The translations under genes were made by a program, and so were the position numbers. A stretch of DNA of 63,972 nt, filler included, from Piptocephalis cylindrospora (lineage: Eukaryota), in the NCBI GenBank assembly GCA_003614145.1. It is 17 parts of 17 records of this genome, joined end to end, with 100 filler letters (N's around TTAATTAATTAA, not from the genome) between each part and the next. Parts side by side here need not be neighbours in the genome. Positions count along the whole stretch, not along the records: positions 1 to 3,765 come from KZ988630.1; positions 3,866 to 7,616 come from KZ988631.1; positions 7,717 to 11,464 come from KZ988632.1; 14 more parts are not named here. One strand, given 5' to 3'. Numbering within the stretch: position 1 is the stretch's first letter; the number at the start of each line of letters is the position of its first letter. The notes under the pieces were generated by a model. The model searched no databases and had not been told where the DNA came from. It saw only the letters and a program-made list of their open reading frames with translations. Shown piece by piece: positions 1 to 11,215 of this stretch.

Positions 1-1182
1 ACGCCCATCCTGAAGAGCCTGTGCTCGACCTTTCGGAAACATCGTCTCGCCCCGTACTTTGTCTTCCATCAGGATGCCCAACCAGCCAACCTACCCGATC
101 GGCTGCTTCGTCGAGGATTTCACGTGGCCGAGGAAGAGGATGCCATCATGGCCCTACCCTCCACCCACCTCAAGAGTCTGACCCGACGGAGGCCCCTCCC
201 GCCTCAACTCACCCTGACTCGGGCTACCATGGCCGACTTGGATGATTGTTTCTACGTTGTCCACTCGGCCCAGGGCTATGCGGATGACGTCCGGGACCTC
301 CGGCGACTCCTCACCCTCTTCCTATCTCATCCTTCCTCTCATCTGCTTGTCCTGGGCCGAGTGGAGGATACGCCAGTCTCCCTTGTGGTCCTCTATAGCC
401 CTCGACCCTCCAGAAAGGCCCTGGCTTCCCCCTCCTCCCTGCTGACCAAGCCCAAGGACATCCTCTTGAAGCACATTTGGACTCACGGGGCCTGGCAGAG
501 GCGCGGGTACGCTCCGGCCTCCCTGCTCCATGCTTTTTCCCTTATACCAACCTTTCTGGAGGATCAGATGCAGCCAGAGACACATGTCTCGATCGAGCAA
601 AGGAGCAAGGAGTCCCAAGCCTCTAAGCGACATTCGTATCCATTTGCTGCGACAGTTAGAAGACCTGGATCGGGTACTCCCAGAGCCTCCCCATCCCCAT
701 CCCCATCCCCTTCCTCTGCCTCATTCTCCCCGAACCCTTTTCCACCTAGATCGTGCGTATCACCTTTTTCTAGCTCATCCGTGTCCTCGGCCTCCACTAC
801 ATCCCCATCCCCATCGCCCAGCCCTGGCCTGACTAGGGGGTCCTCCCGGCCTTGGGTGGTGTGGGCAGAGGTGTGGCAATCGCATGTTGCTAGCCTGTGC
901 TTGGAACTAGGCTTTCTTCACTTTGGGGAAAGGACCGTCTGGAGATGCTGGAAATCGAGTGAGCCACGCATCGCAGAGGCCGGAACTATGCCCATCTCCA
1001 ACTCGACCTCGACCTCGACCTCCCCACCTCCATCATCCCCTACGGCCGTGTCGATAGAGAGGCATAAAAGAGGAGCTTCTCACTCCTCCATCCAGGGGCC
1101 TGTCGTTTCAACTGGCAATGACACTACGGTTCCTGCGGGCGCCACTTTCCCATCCCCAACCGCCTCCCCCTTCTCTTCCTAA
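1..1182 (+). CDS. GNAT-like acetyltransferase-domain protein with long Ser/Pro-rich insert, 5'-partial
   Basis: Frame is open from base 1 to TAA at 1180-1182. HIWTHGAWQRRGYA resembles GNAT motif A. VVWAEVWQSHVASLCLELGF resembles the C-terminal GNAT motif. Confidence 0.45.
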   Translation, partial: TPILKSLCSTFRKHRLAPYFVFHQDAQPANLPDRLLRRGFHVAEEEDAIMALPSTHLKSLTRRRPLPPQLTLTRATMADLDDCFYVVHSAQGYADDVRDLRRLLTLFLSHPSSHLLVLGRVEDTPVSLVVLYSPRPSRKALASPSSLLTKPKDILLKHIWTHGAWQRRGYAPASLLHAFSLIPTFLEDQMQPETHVSIEQRSKESQASKRHSYPFAATVRRPGSGTPRASPSPSPSPSSASFSPNPFPPRSCVSPFSSSSVSSASTTSPSPSPSPGLTRGSSRPWVVWAEVWQSHVASLCLELGFLHFGERTVWRCWKSSEPRIAEAGTMPISNSTSTSTSPPPSSPTAVSIERHKRGASHSSIQGPVVSTGNDTTVPAGATFPSPTASPFSS

Positions 1183-2110
1183 TCATCATCCCTTCTTCCT
1201 ATCTGTACTCTATATTCTCGCAAGTGCATCCATCTCCTCCTCTCCATTTTCTACTCCTTCCATCCCCCGCCTTCTCTTCCCTAGACAGCGTCAGTGAGGT
1301 ACCCTTGAGTCCCCCGGGGTCGTTTCACTCTCTCTTTTGTTTACCTTGCTGTATCTCCCCCCTTCCTTTCCATCTCCTTCCCTTCTTTCCATCCTCTCTC
1401 GGTCCTATTCCCTCCATGGATGTGTTCATACGTTGTCATCTCCTTCCACTCTCTGTGGAGATCCTCGACTGTTATTTGGCTCCTCTTGACAATACATTCC
1501 CTTACCCTTATTTTTTTGAATCGGAAAATGCAAAATGGGGGGAGAGCGGAGGAAAGGGAAGAGAGGGGCTTCCTCTGGACCCCTCATTACCTCTCTTCTT
1601 TTATAGATGGTTATAATTCCAATTCTCCTCCTCCTTCCCCCCCCCACACAGACAATTCAGAAATGTGTCCCCGTGGAGAGGGGCTAGGGATTCTTTGGGT
1701 CTGTGACTGGAAAAAGCTCATCTCCGCATACATCTCTACTTCTCGAACCTTGATTCGTAGATAGTGGATCCATAGATGAGCTTCGATACACGAGCATATG
1801 GATGATGCACGAGGACAGGAAGGCCCGTCCTCATGACCTGCCTAGCCTACTCATCCGCCCTCTTGGTTCATCCCATCCCCCACAGGCCCTCCGGCCCGAG
1901 TTCTCGCCCCTGGTCCGGAACGCGACGGGTTTATTTACCCTTTGCAAACACCGCCTTTCCCCAGATTCGCTGCTCAGACATTTTCGTCCTCGCGCACAAT
2001 GCATTGGTGTATAAATACTTCATCTTATTCCATCACCCATTCCATCACCTATCTCCTCTTCCCCCTCTCTCACACTCCATTCATTCACTCTAGAATCTCT
2101 CAGTCCAAAC

Positions 2111-3763
<1,653 letters not shown>

Positions 3764-3765
3764 CG

Positions 3766-3865
3766 NNNNNNNNNNNNNNNNNNNNNNNNNNNNNNNNNNN
3801 NNNNNNNNNTTAATTAATTAANNNNNNNNNNNNNNNNNNNNNNNNNNNNNNNNNNNNNNNNNNNN
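3766..3865. other. Artificial contig linker (44N-TTAATTAATTAA-44N), first of 16
   Basis: Identical 100-bp linkers start at 3766, 7617, 11465, 15309, 19150, 22985, 26808, 30625, 34437, 38239, 42040, 45840, 49632, 53418, 57088 and 60857. The 12-mer puts stops in all six frames. Confidence 0.99.
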
Positions 3866-3952
3866 TTTCGTCATGGATGGATACAGTACATCCAGTATTC
3901 TCATCCTTCAAAATTCAACATACTCAGTAAACAACAGACCAAGGAACAGCAT

Positions 3953-4751
3953 CTATAGAACGTTCCAAAGATCCTCCATGGCACAACATAGTTTACCACA
4001 GGCTACACTAGCACTAAGGGGATACTGACTACAACTAATCTTCTCATCCACATAGGCGTCCGCAAAAGAGTCCTCTCCATGGGCCATAGCGCCGATGGAC
4101 ACGACCAGGGACTCGTCCTTGGGAAGGGATTTAGCCCAAGTCGGCAGATGAACTGTTTCCGTTGCGTCACCAGAGAAGCCTAGGAGGGAGGGAAGCTGAG
4201 TACAGGGGCGGGCATGCTATACACGTGAAATCCGTAATTTCAATGATCAAAAGTCACTTACAAATCTTCTTGCACTTGATGGGCAAATGATCGGTGATGG
4301 GGTTCTTAATCACCTTGAGCAGCTTTTCCGACCCATTGACCGACCGAATGCTCAATTTATGCAAGAGCTGGACCATAAGTCCGGAGAAGCGCTTAAAGGT
4401 TCTGGGGATACGGACATGAGGATTGACCTCGATAAGAACGCCCTTGCCAGTATGGATATAGACCTGGAGACGACCAGCCTTGTTCAGCGGACTGTCCAGG
4501 AGGGTGAGGAGGCACTGGTGGGTGATATCGGGCCGGGAGTCAGTGATATCACGGTTGAGGCGACGTAGGATGGACTGATGATCATCACAGTTGAGTAGTT
4601 GGTACCGGGCATCCTTGCTTTTGCCCACTTTGTACGTCTCTAGGGACGCCGACTCTAGGATGACGATGAGGCGGGCCGCCTCTTCCTTTTCCATCTTGGT
4701 CTTTGGGACCTTGGGTGCCTCTGGGGTAGTAGCTACGTCGAAACCTGACAT
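3953..4751 (-). CDS. EMG1: 18S rRNA pseudouridine N1-methyltransferase Nep1/Emg1 (2 exons)
   Basis: [28 protein letters not shown] and [24 protein letters not shown]. Intron 4261-4180 (GT..AG). Exon 2 gives IGAMAHG...[27 protein letters not shown]. Confidence 0.95.
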
Positions 4752-5419
4752 TGGTGGAGAGAAAGTGAAGGAGGGAAGGAGAGGATGTGCTGGCACTGCT
4801 ATTGCTTCTCTGAACGGTACGTAGATTCAGTACTGGATTGGAGTAGGGCAAGGGCTGAAGGATCAAGCCGATTCAATACTAAGCTGATGGTTGACTGCGA
4901 CTAAGCCTGCAGTGGCTGTGTGGGGAAAGTGTGAGGTTGGGCCTGCAAGAAATTTTTATTATGTAGCGGGGGGAGCGAAAAAAAAGAAAAAAAAAGTAGA
5001 CAACCTCGTCTGCAGTGTGGCGGGGTCATTTTTGTGTGAGATGGCTGGTAAATTATGGACAGCATGAGGACAGCATAGGATACTGCAGTGTGTTGAATTT
5101 TGAAGGATGAGAATACTGGATGTACTGTATCCATCCATGACGAAAGGGGAAGCAGGGTGAACCTGATGATGATGATACATCATTATGTGGCATTTATAGA
5201 AGTGTGTCAATGCTAATAATAATAGCATTGTCACTCGCTTTTCAAATTTATTGTTCTTATAAATTCCAAATGGCTTAAGTAATCAGGATATGGATCCTAT
5301 ACTTAATGAAGGCTCTTTTGTTGATCAACCATGCAAAGCTCGTTCCACATCATTGTTTGTGGATCCAGTCCCATCATCCTTCCACATCTTCCTTCCTATC
5401 CACCTCGGACAAGATCACT

Positions 5420-6490
5420 ATGGCCGAAAAGAAGAGTAGAGCCTCCAACCCACCCCTTCATCCAGTCATACTGGGAGAAACTGCCTTATCACGGTCGAGT
5501 CTGGACTCGGACGTTCGTTCCCTCTTCTTGGCCTTTTTAAAAGTAAGTTGTACTCTCAACCTCCTTTTACCCAGACCGATCCTTACCATCATGCGAATGG
5601 AGAGCACAGAAGCCAGGAACCTCCTTCAAAGTCTTTCAGGAGACCTGGAAGGAGCAGGATTTTAGTCTAATCCACTATGGATGTGCGGAGGGCCAGGGAA
5701 GATCGGTCTTTATGCAAGCTCTCTATCAGGTCATACTAGGTGAGTGAAGAGCTCACGGTCAAGTTTTCCTATGTAAGGCCCTATCCCTCATTTAGGTTAT
5801 TCTCCTCAAGCCCATTTGAAGAATAGCCATCGACAACCACGTCTAATCCCATGTACATTATTTGGCATTTATCTCGCGTACAAGACTCAACCGGGCATCT
5901 TCCCGTTCATCCGCATTCGGGTAACGTTGGAAGAATGGAAAAGGCTAACGTCTCCTTTCAACCCCTCCCCGGGTCAAGGATATCCTCGATGGGCGGGGGA
6001 GATGGCGTACTTGCTCTTACAGCTTCGGGATCTGGAGGCCATTGATCACACCCTTATCCCAGTCAGGGCACCCCACCCAGGATTCCATGATGGGATGGCC
6101 TCGACGTAGGTCTCTTGCTTTTTATCAGGCATAGATACCCACCTTCTCACCTCCTTTCTCTAACCCTGAATAACCCTGAATAGGTTTGACAATGATTTTT
6201 CGGGAGTCGCCAAGGATCTCATCTCTGGAGATTTAGCGGGTCTAGCCCGAATGAAACAGGGGGAAGAGATGGTCGAGGGGACCAATCCGGCCCAGAGGCT
6301 GAGGACTCTCATCCCGGCCTATGAACGGGCCAAGAGGGATGCTGGAGAGGAGAGGGAAATGGAGCTGTTTGGCGATATTATCTATACCAGGGCCTCTCAG
6401 GCAAGATCCGCCCGTGATCGTGATCTTCGGGAGGCGCTGAAGCAAACGGTAGGCTATTGCTTTGAGCGGGATGGGATGATCCTTGCTTGA
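5420..6490 (+). CDS. snRNA-activating protein complex subunit SNAP43/SNAPC1-like (4 exons)
   Basis: Exons 5420-5542, 5610-5739, 5796-6105 and 6184-6490 splice in frame through GT-AG introns. They give DVRSLFLAFLK-KPGTSFKVFQETWKEQDFSLIHYG...LFGIYLAYKTQP...IRIRVTLEEW, matching the SNAP43 pattern (F..F...W....FS.I; LY..Y.TQP; IR....W). Confidence 0.7.
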
Positions 6491-7116
6491 ACTAACCCAT
6501 CCATCTGGAATATGGAGGTAGGGAAGCGAAGGTTGGGTAGAGGGAGAGGAGGAGGAGGGGAATGGGTGATGCCATGAAGAAAATTCAATGTACATCTGTC
6601 TAGATCACCCAGCATCCTTTCTCTATGATAGTGGCCCGGCTACTGCGCTTCTAGTATCTCAAAGTTCTTGGATGCGTTGAACATCTCTATCAGAAGTCTA
6701 TATGACTCTTGAATCATAAAGAAAAAGGCGGATGGGTAATGAGACGCTCACACCCAAGGCTTTATTCTTCATTTAAAATCATCCCACGTACTTTAGTAGA
6801 ACACATGTTGCTTTGCTCCTCCTCCTTGTGGAGCAAGGCATAGGAAAGGGATCAGCATCGCCAGGTTGAATGGCTATGCGATGAAGCATGACTGAGCAGG
6901 GGAGAGTGGAAAGTCAACCCCAGCCATAGGCACCGCCTCCTGTCTGTATCGCGCCTGGCCGCCCATTCACTCTCCGCACTTGGCCACAATGAGCCAATCG
7001 ACAAGGGCGCCCACTCCGCTTCGTGCCTATCCCGCTGCCATTTGACTGGTCTATCCCAGCCTTGGCAGATTCCCACTGCCACATCATCTCCCACCACCTC
7101 AATGGTTCCTCTACCG

Positions 7117-7124
7117 TATAAATA
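7117..7124 (+). promoter_or_regulatory. Candidate TATA box of the alpha-tubulin gene
   Basis: TATAAATA lies about 210 bp upstream of the tubulin ATG and is followed by a pyrimidine-rich leader. Confidence 0.4.
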
Positions 7125-7327
7125 GGGCCGTCGCAGCAAACAGCCTCCCATGCCCCTCCTCAATCTGACTCTTTCTTCCTTACCCTTCTCCCAACCCTGC
7201 TCAGCCTTTCCCCCTCTTTCCCCCAACCGTACTCTCTTGGACTACGCCTCACCATTGCGCGAGACTAGTCTTACTCCCCCCCCTCCCCTAAAACCAAACC
7301 ACATTCTCCCCCACTTCATCCCCAATC

Positions 7328-7616
7328 ATGCGTGAGTGCATCTCCGTCCATATCGGTCAAGCCGGTGTCCAGATCGGTAACTCTTGCTGGGAGCTTTACT
7401 GCCTCGAGCACGGTATTGCCCCCGATGGCACCATGGATGCCAATGCCCAGGGCGATGACTCCTTCTCCACCTTCTTCTCCGAGACCGGTGCTGGCAAGCA
7501 TGTGCCCCGTACCGTCTTTGTCGATCTTGAGCCCACTGTGGTCGATGAGGTCCGCACTGGCGACTACCGTCAGCTCTACCACCCCGAGCAGCTGATCACC
7601 GGTAAGGAGGATGCCG
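7328..7616 (+). CDS. TUB1: Alpha-tubulin, 3'-partial
   Basis: [30 protein letters not shown]...[22 protein letters not shown]...[12 protein letters not shown], cut by the linker. Confidence 0.97.
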
Positions 7617-7716
7617 NNNNNNNNNNNNNNNNNNNNNNNNNNNNNNNNNNNNNNNNNNNNTTAATTAATTAANNNNNNNNNNNNNNNNNNNNNNNNNNNN
7701 NNNNNNNNNNNNNNNN

Positions 7717-7771
7717 AAGTATGAAGGGTCAGAAAGGAGGTTCCATCAGATCTTGGGAATGCGGTTTCGGT
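7717..7771 (+). repeat. 55-bp terminal direct repeat of contig 3 (second copy 11410-11464)
   Basis: AAGTATGAAGGGTCAGAAAGGAGGTTCCATCAGATCTTGGGAATGCGGTTTCGGT forms both the first and the last 55 bp of the contig. Confidence 0.97.
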
Positions 7772-7872
7772 AATTGGCACCCTCCTCCCACCCTCTGAAA
7801 AGTATTCCCAGAGTCTGAAGGGAACTTTGAAGATTCTCCACTTTTTGTGTGGAACAAAGTATGAAGGGTCAG

Positions 7873-8055
7873 TGTAACAAGGCAACAAAAACAGAGGGAA
7901 AAGATTGGATGTGTATTCCAAAGTCTGGGGGAAGGGGGACGAGAGGGGCTCCTTATGCATGAAAAGGGAAATTATGGGGCAAGAGCTAGCACTGGACCTG
8001 GTGCTAGTTTTTGCGTCGGAGTGCTAAAAATCATGTGGCGATTTTCATCATTACA
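7873..8055 (-). mobile_element. Degenerate solo-LTR-like element, copy A
   Basis: On the minus strand it starts TGTAATGATG at 8055, contains CATAAGG...CCCCCAGACTTTGGAATAC and ends GCCTTGTTACA at 7873. It is homologous to 10394-10700. No TSD seen. Confidence 0.65.
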
Positions 8056-8109
8056 ATTTCCATCATTACGGAATTATTTTACTCCGTCTGCCTCGAATCA
8101 TCCCCCCTC

Positions 8110-8215
8110 CCATTATTTTCTCTCGTCTATAAAAGACGCCCTCCTTGCCCCCTTTCTCTCAGGTTTTGGAATACCTACCAAATATTTTTTATTTTTTCTC
8201 TCTTGCCTTGTTACA
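8110..8215 (+). mobile_element. 3' half of LTR-like element, copy B
   Basis: CTATAAAAG...CCCCTTTCTCTCAGGTTTTGGAATAC...GCCTTGTTACA, the same TATA / TTTGGAAT / TTACA-end cassette as the other copies. Confidence 0.6.
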
Positions 8216-9020
8216 AGTATGGGGTGAAGAGGGGACGATGGAGGTGGGCTCCTTACAATGGGGGATAAATCCTTTACAGCATTATCCCTGCGCATACATT
8301 GCCTGTAATGGCATTTCCTTACTGCGGCGCCCATGCCAGCCACTGCCCTCGTGGTGTGATAGCAATGCGTTCCTTTTTTATTTTATTTTATTTATTCCAT
8401 ACTACGGGAAGCAACATACAGGAGAGAGATACACGCACGGCTACTCCTCTGCCCCCAAGAAAATTATATTTATTTTTACTACCCTTTCCTTCCATCCTCC
8501 CTTCCTCGACATTGGCCCACGACTTCCACGATTCCCTCGCGCTCCTTCGCAATTCGCACCCTCTTAGGGGCAATCGGATTTTTATCACCATCTCCTTGAT
8601 GGCGTTGTTCCCCCACTGCACAATAGCCTCATTTTTTAGCGATGCATGAAAAATCAGTTACTAAAAATCCGAGTTGGATTATTTCTTGGCCTAAGAATAT
8701 TTCTTTCTCCTTAGTGACTACTCCAATGCGCCGTGGTATTTTTTCTCTTTTATCTGAGGTATGAAAAATTAAATCACGAAAAATTCGAGTAATATTTTTT
8801 GCTTGGATCAGCAGTAATCCCCATTTCCAGGCTCGTCCACTAAGTCACCATTTATTGTAGGCGGAATCCAATTGAACAATTGCCAAAGGGGGCTAAAATA
8901 CTTTTGTGGCGGTCTTTTAGATAACACCCGTAATACCCGTAATTCCTTTGAGTCTCTCTGGAAGGGGAACTTACCCATTTTCTCCCACTTTCCCTTTTCG
9001 CCCTCTCTTGGTCCCCCAAG

Positions 9021-9108
9021 TCTATAAGAGGGGACTTTTTGTCCCCTTTCCCCAGGATTTGGAATGCACATCAAATATTCTCCCTCTTATCCCTCTCGTC
9101 TTATTACA
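9021..9108 (+). mobile_element. 3' half of LTR-like element, copy C
   Basis: TCTATAAGAGG...GTCCCCTTTCCCCAGGATTTGGAAT...CTTATTACA. A possible degenerate 5' end (TGTAATGGCATTTCCTTAC) lies at 8304. Confidence 0.6.
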
Positions 9109-9109
9109 C

Positions 9110-11003
9110 AGACCCTCAAAAAGACGATGGAATGGGGGGCCCCATATGCCTGGCACACCGGCGTTTCTCCAATGTCTGAATAATTTCGAGCTGCAACGCA
9201 CCCACCCATCCTGGGAGAGCTCGGTGGGCTTGGATATGGGGGCTTTAATCTGGCGCACTATTGGACCCCAGAAGGTCCAGTGTATCACAAAGGTCATGTG
9301 AGAACTGGCGGATAACAATGAGTGCCTTCGTTGCCGCTTTGGCCAATTCTTTTTCCATGCAGCGATAAAGGGGCAGAAAATGGCTACATCGGCTGCTCTT
9401 GATTGCTTGCGCTTCCCTTCAGGCCTCGATGGGTGGAGAGAGTGTGTGGAGCAAGAGTATGCAGGTATCCTTGTGGAAGAGGGGAGGAGAAGCATGTATT
9501 TAAATATTGGGGTGAAATTACTTGGTTCTAAAGAAGAGGTGGAGGAGCATGGACCAATTCATCTGGCCTGGAGGACGGATGCTTGTCCCAAGCTTCGCAT
9601 CGGGATAACAAAAGCGCCTCGTCTCCAGGAGTGGTGGTTGACTTCTGAACTAGGTGAATGTGTCTTCAATGCTGGACAGGTCAATGCGGTTAATTTTCTT
9701 CGTGAAGGCCAGGACATTACTTATATCCAGGCCTACCAAATGGATAAGGAGGCGGTATCCGGCAAGTCCAAGCCTTGGATGGCCAAGCTGGACTGGAAGG
9801 ATATGCACTGGTCAAACCCTCCCTTTCAAGAAGCCCATGGTATCCTTGTAAAGGGATTACAGGAAGGGGAAAGGAAGAGCTGGGGAGCACGGTATGAGAT
9901 AAGGATGTCATCCCGTCTTTTTTATCAGACCCAGGATTTTGGAGGATTTCTACCCAAGTGCCAGGAGATTATGAGGACACCATCCATCTACTTCCAGGCA
10001 TTTTCATCATTGACAGCAGCACACTTCCAGGCAGCCAATCTCTGGTTGATTATGGATGGCCAAGAGGGTAGACCCAACGCAAGTGGATCCTGGGCAGGAT
10101 GCCTTTAGAGTAATCCTAGCGTTTCTGTTCCGGGGCATGTACGGAGGGGTCTACTTTGCTTTTCATCGTGCTATGGTCTTTGGTCCAAAGGCCCGATCTC
10201 GCGAGGACTCTTTCAGTCTAGGATGGTACATAACAAAGCACAATAGGCCATTTCTTCCATTCCTGCTCATCGATTGGTATCATCGACGAGCTTCACTCGA
10301 AGGGTTGCAAGGTGTGGAGGAACACAAACAGGGGGCGGAGGTAGATGTAGAAGAGGTAGCTGCCCTGATGGCATTGAGGGAATTGATTACCGATGTAATG
10401 ATGTCATCATTACAGGGAAACTCCGACCACGAGGTCCCATCTTTTTAATCTATCGTGGAGCTCCGAACACGGGGTCCTCCCCTTAATTTATCGAGGACGC
10501 GGGTCCCCGTCTTTAATCTATCGGGGACACGGGTCCTCGATAGATTAAATCAGTCTTTTTCTCTTTTCTCCTCTTTTCCTGTTTTCCCCTCTATAAGAGG
10601 AAGCTCTTTTGTCCCCTTCCCCCAGACTTTGGAATAAACACCCTTTTCGCTAGCTTCTTCCCTGTCCCCTTCTGTTTCCCCCCTGTTTGCCCTTGTTATA
10701 ACCGATGACTCAGAAGCTGCCATTACTACTCCTGAAGAGGCCGCTGCTTCGGTCATTGCCTTGCTTCAGCAAGGCATGATCGAGGCAACCATAGGATTTC
10801 AGACTGGTGATTCTATCTTCTCCTGGTCACTTGAGCAGGTGCGACGGGCAATCCCGAGAAGACTCGAGAAGGCTATCCGAAACCGTCGATCCCAGAATAC
10901 TTGGAGAAAGCTATTCATCTACCTCTTCCCGAGTTATAACAATGCGACAGACAACTATTTCAAGCCAGGAAGGTGGACAAGGATACGATGCATGGATCGA
11001 TAC
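9110..11003 (+). pseudogene. Decayed gene of an unrecognised family (about 520 codons after repair)
   Basis: ORF pieces 8948-9301 and 9380-10108 share a frame and are separated by one TGA (9299-9301). Removing one copy of the duplicated ATGG (10052-10059) joins 10056-10393 in frame. Removing the element at 10394-10700 plus one TSD restores ...RELITDDSEAAITT... in frame with ORF 10761-11105. Confidence 0.75.
10394..10700 (+). mobile_element. Complete 307-bp solo-LTR-like insertion with 5-bp TSD, copy D
   Basis: It starts TGTAA and ends TGTTATA (TTACA in the other copies). ACCGA flanks it at 10389-10393 and 10701-10705. It contains an internal TATAAGAG. Excision restores the host reading frame. 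Confidence 0.85.
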
Positions 11004-11215
11004 TGTAATGATGATATCATTACAGTGAAATTCCGAAAACGGGTTCCCTTGATTTTAATATACCGTGGAACTCCAAACACGGGGCCCGTGCCCTTGATAG
11101 ATTAAGGGACGGGCCCCGACCTTTAATCTATCGAGGACGCGGGTCCCCTCGATAGGGTAAATCAGTTCTTCCCCCCTTTCTCTTTTTCCTTCATCATTGT
11201 TTTCCTCTTCTCATA
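11004..11215 (+). mobile_element. 5' part of LTR-like element, copy E (3'-truncated)
   Basis: TGTAATGATGATATCATTACA start, then a diverged copy of the hairpin block and pyrimidine tract of copy D. It interrupts the pseudogene frame after RCMDRY. Confidence 0.7.

Noticed and set aside
9299..9301. In-frame TGA as selenocysteine, readthrough or an alternative genetic code
   Set aside because: The same gene has a frameshift and an insertion. Other genes here use TGA as a normal stop and TGG for Trp.
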